A DNA stretch of 40,107 nucleotides, from the NCBI RefSeq assembly GCF_001194135.2, contig NC_068994.1, positions 41,807,732-41,847,838 on the forward strand, in the 5' to 3' direction. Within the stretch, counting starts at the first letter, position 1. Every line of letters starts with the position of its first letter. The position numbers and the translations under genes were made by a program. Shown piece by piece: positions 1 through 12,592 of the stretch. The notes under the pieces are model-generated. The model saw only the letters and a program-made list of their open reading frames with translations, was not told where the DNA came from and searched no databases. Origin of the DNA: Octopus bimaculoides. Its lineage: Eukaryota.

Positions 1-102
1 TATATATATATATATATATTTACACATATATATGTATATATTTATACATATATATATATATATATTTATTTATATATATATGTATGTATATATATATAAA
101 TA

Positions 103-252
103 TGTTAGGAAGGGCATCCAGCTGTAGAAACTCTGCCAAATTAGATTGGAGCCTGGTGTTGCCATCCGGTTTCACCAGTCCTCAGTCAAATCGTCCAACC
201 CATGCTAGCATGGAAAGCGGACATTAAACGATGATGATGATGATGATGATGA
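103..252 (+). mobile_element. Family C element, 5'-truncated, (GAT)n tail
   Basis: 124/128 nt identical to the inverted copy at the window end. Confidence 0.9.
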
Positions 253-281
253 TATATATATATATATATATATATGTGCAA

Positions 282-588
282 CAGGCATAGCTGTGTAGTA
301 AGAAGCTTGCTTCCCAACCATATGGTTTTGGTTCCGGGTTCAGTCCCACAGTGTGGCACCTTGAGCAGGTGCCTTTTGTTATATCCTCAAGCTATCATGG
401 CTTCACATCTGGTGTTGGTGTGTTTACATCCCTGTAACTTAGCGATTTGGCAAAAGAGACGAATACACTAAGTACTAGGCTTAAAAAGTAAGTCCAGGGT
501 CCAATTTGTTTGACTAAAATCCTTCAAAGTGGTGCCCCAGCGTGGCCACAGTAAATTGACCGAAACTAATAAAAGACTAAAAGAATAT
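282..588 (+). mobile_element. tRNA-derived SINE, family A (CORE-like), internally deleted
   Basis: Head tgtgtagtaag...ggttcagtccc and 3' part shared with the copies at 7187, 21847 and 37412. Confidence 0.85.
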
Positions 589-589
589 A

Positions 590-712
590 CATATATATGG
601 ATGTGTGTGTCTATGTGTGTATTTTCACTTATATCTATATATACATACACATGTATGTATATATATATGTATACATATATATATACACATATATACATAT
701 ACATATATACAT

Positions 713-772
<60 letters not shown>

Positions 773-880
773 GTGTGTGTGTGTGTGTGTGTGTGTGCAT
801 GTGTATATATATATTTATATATATGCATGTATATATACATACATACATACATACACACATATATGTTTACAGATCTATAC
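590..880. repeat. Compound (TA)n/(TG)n/(CATA)n microsatellite; representative of dozens in the window
   Basis: Directly visible. Similar tracts at about 1-100, 2357-2720, 6250-6550, 7595-7745, 7915-8065, 13905-14650, 20190-20440, 21050-21200, 30850-30985 and 33240-33800. Confidence 0.99.
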
Positions 881-1672
881 TCACACACGAAACACATGCT
901 ACCATTTATAAGCACATTACATTATTGCATTTGAGTCCAGATGGAAAAAAATTTTTGTCTATCTCAGTGTTTTTATTTATATTTCAGAAACAGTATATAT
1001 GAAGGGGAGTGGTTGGAGGGGAGAAAAAAATACAAACAAAAGTATTGAAGCAGAGGATTATATAATCAAACGTATAGATGCATGTGCAGGTATGTGGAGA
1101 TGCGAGTGTATAGATAATATTGAACTTAGGGCATCTATTGGTTGATACAGTTTAACAGAAGATAGAATCTGAGATTCTTGCCCTCAATTCCACTAATGAT
1201 TAATGTATTATAGGTTTTCGTCCTGTGTGGTTGTGTGCCAGTCACAATTAAGACACAACGTACACACAGACACATGCCCACTCACACATTCACTCACTCA
1301 CTCACTCACTCACTCACTCACACACTCACTCACTTACTCACTCACACACACACAAACTAATTTCTCTTTGATTCACTTTCTTTCTTTACATTTTACCTTT
1401 TGCTCTCTACTTTCACTTTCCTTTTACAGCTATTTCTTTCACACGGTCTCTTATAAACACATATGTACAGAAATACAAGCATACACACACACACACACAC
1501 ACACACATACATGCATGCATGTGCATACTCACACATGTGTATAGAAAGAGAAAGACGTGGTAAGAGAAAAAGACAGAGAAGAGACGCTGTTAGTGTGCTC
1601 TTGGTTGTGATGTCTAAAACCAACTTAAATATTAAAGAACTATATACATATATATTATGCTTTATATATATA

Positions 1673-2356
1673 NNNNNNNNNNNNNNNNNNNNNNNNNNNN
1701 NNNNNNNNNNNNNNNNNNNNNNNNNNNNNNNNNNNNNNNNNNNNNNNNNNNNNNNNNNNNNNNNNNNNNNNNNNNNNNNNNNNNNNNNNNNNNNNNNNNN
1801 NNNNNNNNNNNNNNNNNNNNNNNNNNNNNNNNNNNNNNNNNNNNNNNNNNNNNNNNNNNNNNNNNNNNNNNNNNNNNNNNNNNNNNNNNNNNNNNNNNNN
1901 NNNNNNNNNNNNNNNNNNNNNNNNNNNNNNNNNNNNNNNNNNNNNNNNNNNNNNNNNNNNNNNNNNNNNNNNNNNNNNNNNNNNNNNNNNNNNNNNNNNN
2001 NNNNNNNNNNNNNNNNNNNNNNNNNNNNNNNNNNNNNNNNNNNNNNNNNNNNNNNNNNNNNNNNNNNNNNNNNNNNNNNNNNNNNNNNNNNNNNNNNNNN
2101 NNNNNNNNNNNNNNNNNNNNNNNNNNNNNNNNNNNNNNNNNNNNNNNNNNNNNNNNNNNNNNNNNNNNNNNNNNNNNNNNNNNNNNNNNNNNNNNNNNNN
2201 NNNNNNNNNNNNNNNNNNNNNNNNNNNNNNNNNNNNNNNNNNNNNNNNNNNNNNNNNNNNNNNNNNNNNNNNNNNNNNNNNNNNNNNNNNNNNNNNNNNN
2301 NNNNNNNNNNNNNNNNNNNNNNNNNNNNNNNNNNNNNNNNNNNNNNNNNNNNNNNN
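1673..2356. other. Assembly gap (largest of 15)
   Basis: Other large gaps: 4888-5437, 8514-8979, 14077-14472, 29222-29729, 31661-32304, 33323-33770, 36688-37066. Nearly all are bounded by microsatellites. Confidence 1.
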
Positions 2357-2556
2357 ATATATATATATATATATATACATATATATACATATTTTATGCA
2401 TATGTATTTTATTGTCATGTGTACGAAAGCACAGGTAGTTAATTACTGTGCAGGTATCTTTATTGATGTATCGCTAATAGTACATGCAGACACACAGACA
2501 CACACATACACAAATACAAACAAATATACAAACAAACATATGTACGTCTGTGTATA

Positions 2557-2627
<71 letters not shown>

Positions 2628-3185
2628 TAATGTATATACACATACACACACATATATATATATATATGCATGTATACATGTATATTTGTGTGTGCATGTA
2701 TAAATGTGTCTGCATATATGCATGTGTATTTACACACTTAGGGAAGTGTTTATGTGCATGAATATCTCTGCGTCTCTATGCATGTGTGTGTTTATATTCG
2801 AGCATGTGTCTATTTATGTTTTGATAAAGCCATGTATCCTTCCCCTACAATTTCTCAGTGTTTCTCCCTCTTTTCTTCTGTCTGTCTCTCTGTCTCTTCC
2901 TCTCGCCCTTTCTCTCTTTCATTCATTATTTCCGTGTCCTACTCTGCCTATCCCTATCTATCTATCTATCTCTCTATCTATCTATCTATCTATCTATCTA
3001 NNNNNNNNNNATATATATCTGTCCGTCCATCTGTCTGATTGTCTCTCTCTCTCTCTGTCTACCAAACATTTTATGTATTCCTCCTTCTCTACATCTACCT
3101 GTCAATCATCTATTCCTCTCTTTCTTTCTCTCTCTCTCTCTACCTATATATATATATACATATATATACATACATATATATGAAT

Positions 3186-3216
<31 letters not shown>

Positions 3217-3754
3217 CACCTATTTGTCAATTTCTCTCTCCTTGTCTCTCTCTCTCTTTCTCTCTCTTTATCCATCCATCCATCCATCCTTCCATCCATC
3301 TGTAAACATATACATGTACCTATCTTTGTATCACTAATGAAATCCCTTTTTTCGTTTTTTCTTATCCCTAATGGGAAGCAGATATCAATCTAAAAATAAC
3401 TATGAATATAGATTAACACTAAAATCCAATTGCTATTTAGGTATAGAATCACAGAGCAGATACACACTTTTTTGCTTATTTATTCATTTATTTATTGCTT
3501 CTTGGTGCTACTAAGTCCTCTAAGCATTGGTCAATTGTAGTGCAATATCATAGAAAACGAGGAATCTGGGTTATGTGTTGCCGTGTGCTCCTTCGTTGAG
3601 TCGTGCTTCTTTATTAAACATTGTAAAAGCTCTTAACTCCTTAAAATTTCTTTGAAATATCAATAAATTGGAGGCTACATTGATTTTCTTTTTTTTTTTT
3701 TTTTACAGCTGTTTTGTTTTGGTGTGTTCTTTATAGCAAAGGGGTAGGAAATTA

Positions 3755-4070
3755 TCATCACCGTCATCATCATCATCGTCATCATCACCATCATCATCAT
3801 CGTCGTCGCAGTCGTCGTCGTCATTGTTGTTGTCGTCATCATCGTTGTTGTTGTTGTTTTTAATATTATTGTTCTCATTATTATTTTATTTTTTATGTTA
3901 TTAAAATTGATTGTTTTCTTTTTGTTGAGGTTTCTTTTTGTGTAGTTATTTATATATTTTTCTGACTTCTTATTTTAATTCATTGTTTTTGTTGCTGCTC
4001 TTATCATCATCATCATCATCATTGTCGTCGTCAATGTCATCACCGTCATCATCTTCGTCATCACCACCAC

Positions 4071-4120
<50 letters not shown>

Positions 4121-4310
4121 ACATCATATATATTGTTATGATTTTGAATTGTATTGTTGGCGATATTGTACAGCGTTGTTGCTTCCAGTGCTGCTGCTGC
4201 TGCTACTTGTGTTGTTGTTGTTATTGTTGCTGCTGCTGTTGTTGCTGCTACTACTGTTGCTGCTACTATTCTTCTTCTTGTTGCTGCTACTGTGCTAGGG
4301 TGCTACTGTG
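3755..4310. repeat. Cluster of trinucleotide repeats (CAT/CGT/TGT, TCA, TGC/TGT)
   Basis: Directly visible. Other tracts: (CAT)n 9460-9514, (GTA)n 15008-15066, (TAT)n 18580-18647, (ATA)n 27580-27642. Confidence 0.97.
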
Positions 4311-5437
4311 GCTCCTAATAATGATGTTGCTATTAACTATGATTTTTCTTTGTTTTGTTTTGTTGTTATTTCATTTTTGTTTTTCCATTTTTTTTTGCTT
4401 ACTACTCGTATTTTGTATTTATTTTCATCAAATGTTTCCATATTTTGAGCCTGAATTGTGTTTAGTTTAGAGTGTTCAAAAGAAGAAAAAAAAAAAGAAA
4501 ACACTAAAGGTAAAAGGATGCTGATATCTTCTGAGATGTCATACAATTCTTCACCGATTTCTTTTTTCTTTTTCTCTCTCTTCGTCTTCTCATAAATATA
4601 GTTTTGTTGCAGAGAAAGAGAGAAAGTGAAAGCGAAAGTGAAAGAAATAGAAAGAGAGAGAGAGAAAGACAAACAGAGAGAGAGAGATAGAGTGCAAGAG
4701 AGTTAGACCTAAATTAAAATCTTATTAAGCATATTTTCTTTCATTAATTTATGCATATGTATGAGTGCGTATCTGCAAAGGTGTTTGCTTTGGTGAGTAT
4801 CCGTGTATTTACGTGAATGTATGTTGATTTTAGTGGTGAAAATAAATGAAATCTCGTCCATTAAACCAATATATATATATATATATANNNNNNNNNNNNN
4901 NNNNNNNNNNNNNNNNNNNNNNNNNNNNNNNNNNNNNNNNNNNNNNNNNNNNNNNNNNNNNNNNNNNNNNNNNNNNNNNNNNNNNNNNNNNNNNNNNNNN
5001 NNNNNNNNNNNNNNNNNNNNNNNNNNNNNNNNNNNNNNNNNNNNNNNNNNNNNNNNNNNNNNNNNNNNNNNNNNNNNNNNNNNNNNNNNNNNNNNNNNNN
5101 NNNNNNNNNNNNNNNNNNNNNNNNNNNNNNNNNNNNNNNNNNNNNNNNNNNNNNNNNNNNNNNNNNNNNNNNNNNNNNNNNNNNNNNNNNNNNNNNNNNN
5201 NNNNNNNNNNNNNNNNNNNNNNNNNNNNNNNNNNNNNNNNNNNNNNNNNNNNNNNNNNNNNNNNNNNNNNNNNNNNNNNNNNNNNNNNNNNNNNNNNNNN
5301 NNNNNNNNNNNNNNNNNNNNNNNNNNNNNNNNNNNNNNNNNNNNNNNNNNNNNNNNNNNNNNNNNNNNNNNNNNNNNNNNNNNNNNNNNNNNNNNNNNNN
5401 NNNNNNNNNNNNNNNNNNNNNNNNNNNNNNNNNNNNN

Positions 5438-5470
<33 letters not shown>

Positions 5471-6549
5471 ATATTGCATGTAAGCATTCTTGTGTGTGTA
5501 ATTTTAGATCTAAACAAGAAAGTTTTTATACAACTGTTTCAAAAAGAAAAGTAAAAATGAAAAGAAGGGAGGTATTAATTTTTTTATTTTGATTTAATAG
5601 CATATAAATAGTTTTGAAAAGAACCAGATGATAAAATGAAGAAAAAAATTATAAAAAGAAACAAATTTATATAAAACATAAAAATGAAAAAAAAAATGTA
5701 ATGTCTTTGTACAGCTGATAAATATGATGAATGAATAGTTAAATCAATGAGAAAATGACTTGGTAGAACATTTACCAATAATTTTTACCGCTTTTGAAAA
5801 GTTGCACTTATGAACAAGTGGATGACTATTTAAAATCCAGGTGCATGTCTTTAAAAAAGTTATGATTATTCATATAATAATGTCTCACAATAATATTGTA
5901 CAGTGCCTTATTTATGGCAGAGAGTAATAACAACAGTTGAAAAAAGAGACCAAAAAAAAAAAGAAGAGACACAGTGAGTTTCAGGTAGAGTGCTGATTAA
6001 AAAGTAAATTACAATGGCAATTAATAGGTAGCTTGGTAAGTTTTAAAGTGCCATGATTGTATCTTGTGATGCTTGCTATATATATATATATAATGTTACC
6101 TTGTTAAATTGAATAAAAAATGTTCAAAATTTTTTAGTATTGGTTCTAAGGGTTGCAATTCTTTCAAGACATTTGTTTGTTGGATTCAACAGATATCCAT
6201 TAACTTCTTATGAACACTCATACACACCCTGTCAAATTGACACATATTTATATATGCACATATATATACACACGAATATATATTGATACATGCATATATA
6301 TATCTACCTATATATTTATATATTTATATATATATATACATGTACATACACATACATATATATATGCATATAAATGCATATACATATATATGTCCATAAA
6401 CTCACATATACAAATACACACATATGCACACACATGTGCATACATGAACACACTCACACTTACATACATACATATATACATACATAGATAATACATATTG
6501 AAAAAAATATATATATATACATACATGCATGCATATATACACATATATA

Positions 6550-6794
6550 CAGGGTTGGTCAAAATTTGACCGACAGTGAATCAAAATTGCCTAAATACTT
6601 AATATTCAATTTTATTTATTTATTCCAGTTATGAATGTTTAATAAGTGAATGTTAAAAATCACCGTTTTTTGTTTTGTTTTTTTTTTCAACATTTATCTA
6701 TTTATTAGCAAAGTCTCATATAAAATATTTTTTTGTTTTAATCTTGGAATTAAATAGTTTTGATTTACTGTCAGGTGACTTTTGGCCAACCTTG
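6550..6794. mobile_element. 245-bp Tc1/mariner-type MITE
   Basis: TA on both sides (6548-6549, 6795-6796). ~37-bp imperfect TIRs cagggttggtcaaaatttgaccgacagtgaatcaaaa / reverse complement caaggttggccaaaagtcacctgacagtaaatcaaaa. AT-rich non-coding interior. Confidence 0.8.
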
Positions 6795-7186
6795 TATGTA
6801 TGTATGTAATTATTCAGTTTATTTCAAGTTTTCTTGCCAATGGAGAAAGAACCAGTTTCTAACATGGATCCAAGGTTCCTCCAATAGAATTTCAACATCA
6901 ACAACAGGGTATTTTTATTTGTATGCATGTATGTATGTATGTATGTATGTATGTATGTATGTATGTATGTATGTGCATATTTGTATGTTTTATGTATGTA
7001 TTCTCATGCATATAGTTACATATCTAGACATGCTCATATATATTTAAATTATAAACTTCTGGAAAGTTTTACAGATTTTTACAGTTCCAGTGATGGATTG
7101 GATCTGTAGTCTTCAAATTAACTTTCTCCTCTGGTTTTGAGAAACCTAATTTCTCTGTGTGTGTATGTATGTATGTATGTATGTAT

Positions 7187-7594
7187 GACATGGCTCTGTG
7201 GTTAAGAAACTAGCCTCCCGACCATGTGGTCTTGGATTCGGTGCCACCTATGCATGGAAACTTAGATAAGTGTCTTCTATTATAGCCTCAGGCTGACCAA
7301 AGTTTTATCAGTGGATTTGAATGACAGAAACTGAAAGACACCCATTGTGCATGTATGTGTGTATCTTTGTGTGTTACATGCCTTTCTTTTTGTACTTGGC
7401 CCCATTTATTGATGGTTGGTGCTGGTTTGTTTCATCCCCATAATTTAGCAATGCAGCAAAAAGAAAAAAAAGGCTGATAATTAAGTACCAAGATTAAAAA
7501 TAATATATGTATCGTGGTTGATTTGTTCAATTAAACCCTTCATGGTAGTGCCTTGCATGGCCACAGTTCAATGACTGTAACAAGTAAAAGCTAG
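7187..7594 (+). mobile_element. tRNA-derived SINE, family A
   Basis: Full head-core-tail alignment to the 37412 copy by eye. Confidence 0.85.
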
Positions 7595-7722
<128 letters not shown>

Positions 7723-8458
7723 ACACATACACACACACATACGCACAAGTAAGCAGATAAATGGAAAACAAGGTGGAAAAAATAGTACTACAGTATTATC
7801 ACAACTGTACAATGAGTAATCACGTGAAACTCTGAGTAACAGTTCGTCTGCTGAACAGTCACGGGAAACTCTAAGTAACTGTTTGTGAAGATTTTATTTG
7901 ACTTTAATAAATAGAATACATACATGCATGTATGCATACGTACATACATACATACATACATACATACATGCATACATGCTTACATACATACATACATACA
8001 TGCATACATACATACATACATACATACATACATACATACAAACATACAAACATACATACATACATATATGTTCTTTGAATAACTTATGAGTTTTTTCTTT
8101 CATCAGTAGTCAACGGAGTGGAGAGATGAATTCAATTACTTACCTTGATTTTGTTGAGAATCTTTTAAATGTGTCGGAAAAGATGTGAAGTCTAGTGTGT
8201 CAGGCTAGGGGTATGTCAAGAGTCACATGTTAAAAATCAGTCAGCTGTGCCAAGATAACTGACTGACTTCTTTAAGTTGGTGTGAACTTTATTTACAGCT
8301 GATTAGGCAAATATTTATATCTCCTCGCCTTGTGATATATTTCTAGGCTCCAAAGAGAGTCAGACACACATACATACACAATATCTTAAATACTCACATA
8401 AATAAATCCATGTACGGACATACAGATAAGCCTATATGATACATACATGCAAACATAT

Positions 8459-8513
<55 letters not shown>

Positions 8514-8979
8514 NNNNNNNNNNNNNNNNNNNNNNNNNNNNNNNNNNNNNNNNNNNNNNNNNNNNNNNNNNNNNNNNNNNNNNNNNNNNNNNNNNNNNNN
8601 NNNNNNNNNNNNNNNNNNNNNNNNNNNNNNNNNNNNNNNNNNNNNNNNNNNNNNNNNNNNNNNNNNNNNNNNNNNNNNNNNNNNNNNNNNNNNNNNNNNN
8701 NNNNNNNNNNNNNNNNNNNNNNNNNNNNNNNNNNNNNNNNNNNNNNNNNNNNNNNNNNNNNNNNNNNNNNNNNNNNNNNNNNNNNNNNNNNNNNNNNNNN
8801 NNNNNNNNNNNNNNNNNNNNNNNNNNNNNNNNNNNNNNNNNNNNNNNNNNNNNNNNNNNNNNNNNNNNNNNNNNNNNNNNNNNNNNNNNNNNNNNNNNNN
8901 NNNNNNNNNNNNNNNNNNNNNNNNNNNNNNNNNNNNNNNNNNNNNNNNNNNNNNNNNNNNNNNNNNNNNNNNNNNNNNN

Positions 8980-9020
<41 letters not shown>

Positions 9021-9021
<1 letters not shown>

Positions 9022-9160
9022 TCCCCGACTACTTTGCTGCTCATGATCAGAGATGCACATATCATCAGTCAGTAAGGGACATGCTCAACTGGTTAGGGTC
9101 AAATAACTGACAAGCACATATTTGGTGTTGAGCAAAGTCTTTGCTGTAACCCATCTTTTA
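9021..9160 (-). repeat. Probable interspersed repeat fragment
   Basis: Higher-GC block between (TA)n and (ATT)n that I recall as recurrent in octopus DNA. Not verifiable inside this window. Confidence 0.35.
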
Positions 9161-9457
9161 TTATTATTATCATTATTATTATTATTATTTGCTCTGGTTA
9201 ATTTTGTAAGATTGAACAACAATCTGTTGTCAAAGGTCTCACAGGGTCTTTTTCTATGATAATTAATACACAAGTAACCAGCCTCAAAATCCTCACTGTC
9301 CTCAATAGTGCAGTTTTTTTAACAAGCTCTACTCTCATGTCAGTACTAATTTCCAAACGTCAGGCATTCTTTTTCTACATCTTATGGATTTCCTTTCATG
9401 ATCAACAGATCTACATGAAAAATAACAGATCTACATGACTATTATTATTATTGTTTG

Positions 9458-9514
<57 letters not shown>

Positions 9515-9515
<1 letters not shown>

Positions 9516-9740
9516 TAAAGCAATGAGCTAGCAGAATCATTAACACATTGGACAAAATGCTTAGCGGTATTTCTTCCATTTGTTTGTGTTCTAAGTTCAA
9601 ATTCCACCAAGGTCACTTTTGCTTTTCGTCTTTTGGGGGTCAATAAAATAAGTACCAGTCAAGTACTGAGGTCAATATAATCAAATAGTTAACCCCCCCT
9701 AAAATTTGTGCCAATAGTAGAAAGGATTATTATTATTATT
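9515..9740 (+). mobile_element. tRNA-derived SINE, family B, (ATT)n tail
   Basis: A-box-like tagcagaatc, B-box-like aagttcaaattcc and agtaccagtcaagtact core. Shared with seven other copies in the window. Confidence 0.85.
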
Positions 9741-10160
9741 AATCATGTTGAAACTTCAGTAATCTTGCTTGAGTAGTGGGGTTACTACCTGCAGCCTGTG
9801 GTACAGAGTTGGATTAACCATTAAGCAAAATAAGCACATGTTTAGGGCATCAAGAGAAGTGGGGGCACCCCATAAATGGTAAGTGGTTTACAAACACAAA
9901 AGAAATCACTTTAAACTTGCTAAAATAATATTCAAAGTGGTTTATATGATTGGAAATATAATTTCAATGCGTTCATGATGTTATAGTGATGATCTGATCA
10001 AAGGTTTTGCAATTAAAAAATGTAGGAGAAAGCTTTTCAAATATAAATAAAGTGGAAGTATACAAAATTAAACTTTATTTTCCTTCTTACTGTTAGTTTT
10101 GCTTCATTTTGAAAAGTAATTCATTCTGTGGTTTATTATTATTTATATTTTAAAATATTG

Positions 10161-10610
10161 GACTGACTCCTGTGAAGAAAACATTGGGCTGACTCCTGTG
10201 CAGGTGACACATTGTTGTGTCGACGCCCCCAAGCGAAGAAGTAGGATCGCTCAAGACATATAAATAGAGGTAGTCTAGCTGTGGTAGAGGAGTTGAGTAG
10301 CTGACGAGTAGTAGTTGAGTAGAGATCATCCGAAGGTACTAGATAGCAGTAACTTGAGACATAACACACATAAAAAACACCATTTGAGCATGGCTGTTAC
10401 CAGTACTGCTGGACTGGCCCTCAAGCCGGTGGCACGTAAAAAGCACCCACTACACTCTCGGAGTGGTTGGCGTTAGGAAGGACATCCAGTTGTAGAAACT
10501 CTGCCAGATCAGATTGGAGTCTGGTGTAGCCATCTGGTTCACTAGTCCCCAGTCAAATCGTCCAACCCATGCTAGCATGGAAAACAGACCTTAAATGATG
10601 ATGATGATGA
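10161..10610 (+). mobile_element. SINE-like element / non-LTR 3' end ending in (GAT)n (family C), interrupted by the solo LTR
   Basis: Shares acaccatttgagc, aaaagcacccactacactctc and catgctagcatggaaa...aaatgatgatg with the copies at 103-252 and 39888-40107. The 5' boundary is approximate. Confidence 0.85.
10213..10366 (+). mobile_element. 154-bp solo LTR (BEL/Pao-like or Ty3/gypsy)
   Basis: Termini TGTTGTGTC...GACATAACA (8/9 inverted match). Perfect 5-bp TSD CACAT at 10208-10212 and 10367-10371. TATAAATA at 10259-10266. Superfamily is inferred from the TGTT...AACA ends and TSD length. Confidence 0.8.
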
Positions 10611-10854
10611 TTTACGTAAGTATGGGGGCACCAAAATCTTGTGCTTAGGGCCTCTATGGATTTTAATCCAGCCCTGCTGTGGTATCATGCTATTTCTTTG
10701 CTACAGCTTTCTAATACTTTCCTGATGATTCTGGCTATGCTAAGGAGATAGACTTTTTGTAACAGCTCTACCAAACACTCTATTTGCATTTCCTTTATAT
10801 TCCTCTCAATATCTTTTGATATTGTCCCCAAGGTGACAACAATTATTATTATTA

Positions 10855-11035
10855 GTGTCATTTCATTAGTTTTCACATTCTGAGTTCAAATTTTGTCAAC
10901 ATTGACTTTGCCTTTCATCCTTTCGAGATCAATAAAATAAAACACCAGTTAAACCCTGAGGTCAATGTGAACAACTTACCCTCTCCTCTGAAACTGCTGG
11001 CCTTGGGACAAAATTTGAAACCATTGATATTATTA
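10855..11035 (+). mobile_element. SINE family B, 5'-truncated
   Basis: ttctgagttcaaatt...gactttgcctttcatcctttcg..gtcaatgt. Confidence 0.8.
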
Positions 11036-12592
11036 ATATTAACTGTCATATCAAAAACTACAATATTTAACATGCATAAATTTATTGTTAATAATATAAG
11101 TCAGCTATTGAAGTTTATCCTGTCTGAAGAATTTCTCAGTTCCATCAATATCAAGGGAGATTACTACTTTTAGTTTAATCTTTTATAAAAAGAGGAAGAA
11201 AGACGCATTTTCAGATTTGTTAATAACCATGAAATCTAAGTTGGTGTTTGTATGTAGTTAAGTTAACAAGGTTTCCTCAGTGGTTTTTGAATGTAACTTA
11301 AGAAAACATTATATGCATTAGTATGGATATAATTTTAGAGATAAATGTTTAGTAAATTGATAAGCTAAATCAATAATACTTTGTGACAATGCTTAGTTTT
11401 TCAGAATATATATATATGTATTTATACATTTATGAAGATACTGTTTGTCTGTAAATGTTTGACCTCTAATCATTTCTCTCACCCTTGGAATATTGATTGA
11501 TCCAATTTTCAAGAGGCAGTTGCAGTTTTTTCATATATATATATATATATGCATTTATGTATACACACACAAAGAAAACAAAGGTAGATAAACTCAGAAA
11601 TACAAACCTGTTAAATTAAAATTGGGTAGCAGAGTCTCTGCAGGCTGTTTGGTTTGTAACAGAAAAATTTCTCATAATTTTATATAGGAAACCATTCTTT
11701 ATATGTGTACATGTGTGTGTGTGTGTGTGTGTGATTTTCTTTATTTTCTCATTTAACCTTAGAGTTCTAAATGAAAACATATCTATGTGTAGGTATCTTC
11801 TAAGTACTTGGCATGTAATTGTTTTGTTTTGTTTTTTTGTTGCTGTTATCCTTCTTTTCATCCTCCTCCTGATTGTTGCCATCATAGCCATCATCACTAC
11901 ATATTTTGGCTCAATATGGCCAGTTTAAATGCTAAAGGTCTAAATTTAAAAGAGAAAAGAACATACATGTATGTGTATGTATATACAGATACTACACGTA
12001 TATAGAGACCAAGCTAATTTCACATATCAAAGAAAAGTATAACCAGTATATGAAATACAGAGAGTAGTTTATATATTTCTGCTAATTATATTAATAATTA
12101 AGATAGTATAATAGCATCAGTGCTAAGCAGTGATTAGGAATAAATGAACTTTAGGTTAGTTAAAATATGTTTGACATATTTTAATTTCTAAAGGCAAATT
12201 TACTGCAGTTACGATGAAGGAAAAATTTTCTCTTATGGTAAAAGGTGTAAAAACATCATATCTGCCTTGCACTTGCTCCTATCAGATTCCCAGATGCATG
12301 TTTCTGGCTCTTTAGCCTTTCTCAATGGGAAATACTTAAAGAGAGATAACCCTGGGCAGATTCAGATGAATCATATTCTGTCTAACAATGTATTATCTCA
12401 ATGTTAGTAATAGTTCAACAATCTTAGAAGAAAATACAAAACTGCAAAATACTCTGGTAATGTTGTTACTGGTGATGGTGGTGCTGTTGTCGTTGTTGCT
12501 GAGGTGTTACTGGTGTTATGCAGCTGATCTAAAGCCAAAGCCATAAGGCATTCCAACCATGACCATGTCATTTCCATAAGGTTATTCAGAAC

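Larger units (their letters stand above)
9804..10676. mobile_element. Non-autonomous hAT-superfamily DNA transposon (MITE)
   Basis: 14-bp TIRs cagagttggattaa / ttaatccagccctg (12/14 match). Perfect 8-bp TSD CTGTGGTA at 9796-9803 and 10677-10684. Subterminal gggggcacc and ttagggc motifs at both ends. Confidence 0.88.
9726..10843 (-). mobile_element. 5'-truncated RLE-type LINE split by a hAT MITE insertion
   Basis: ORF end IVVTLGTISKDIERNIKEMQIECLVELLQKVYLLSIARIIRKVLES...* at 10843-10685. The 3'UTR resumes at 9803-9741 and ends in (AAT)n at 9726-9740. (ATT)n also lies at the 5' junction (10842-10853). Confidence 0.7.

Noticed and set aside
3675-4470. Poly-T/M, poly-S and poly-C ORFs (also the poly-A/T ORF at 14967-15197 and poly-Y/L ORFs at 18400-18770)
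   Set aside because: Trinucleotide repeats lacking stops, with no domain signal and no consistent splice context.
8143-8345. Consensus minus-strand donor AAG|GTAAGT at 8143 with possible acceptors upstream
   Set aside because: All three frames hit stops and there is no link to the protocadherin. It could be a non-coding exon, but this cannot be supported.
10139-10369. 76-aa minus ORF with a phase-1-compatible acceptor, as a possible protocadherin exon 3
   Set aside because: It lies almost entirely in the antisense strand of the solo LTR nested in other TEs, and the peptide has no recognisable motif.
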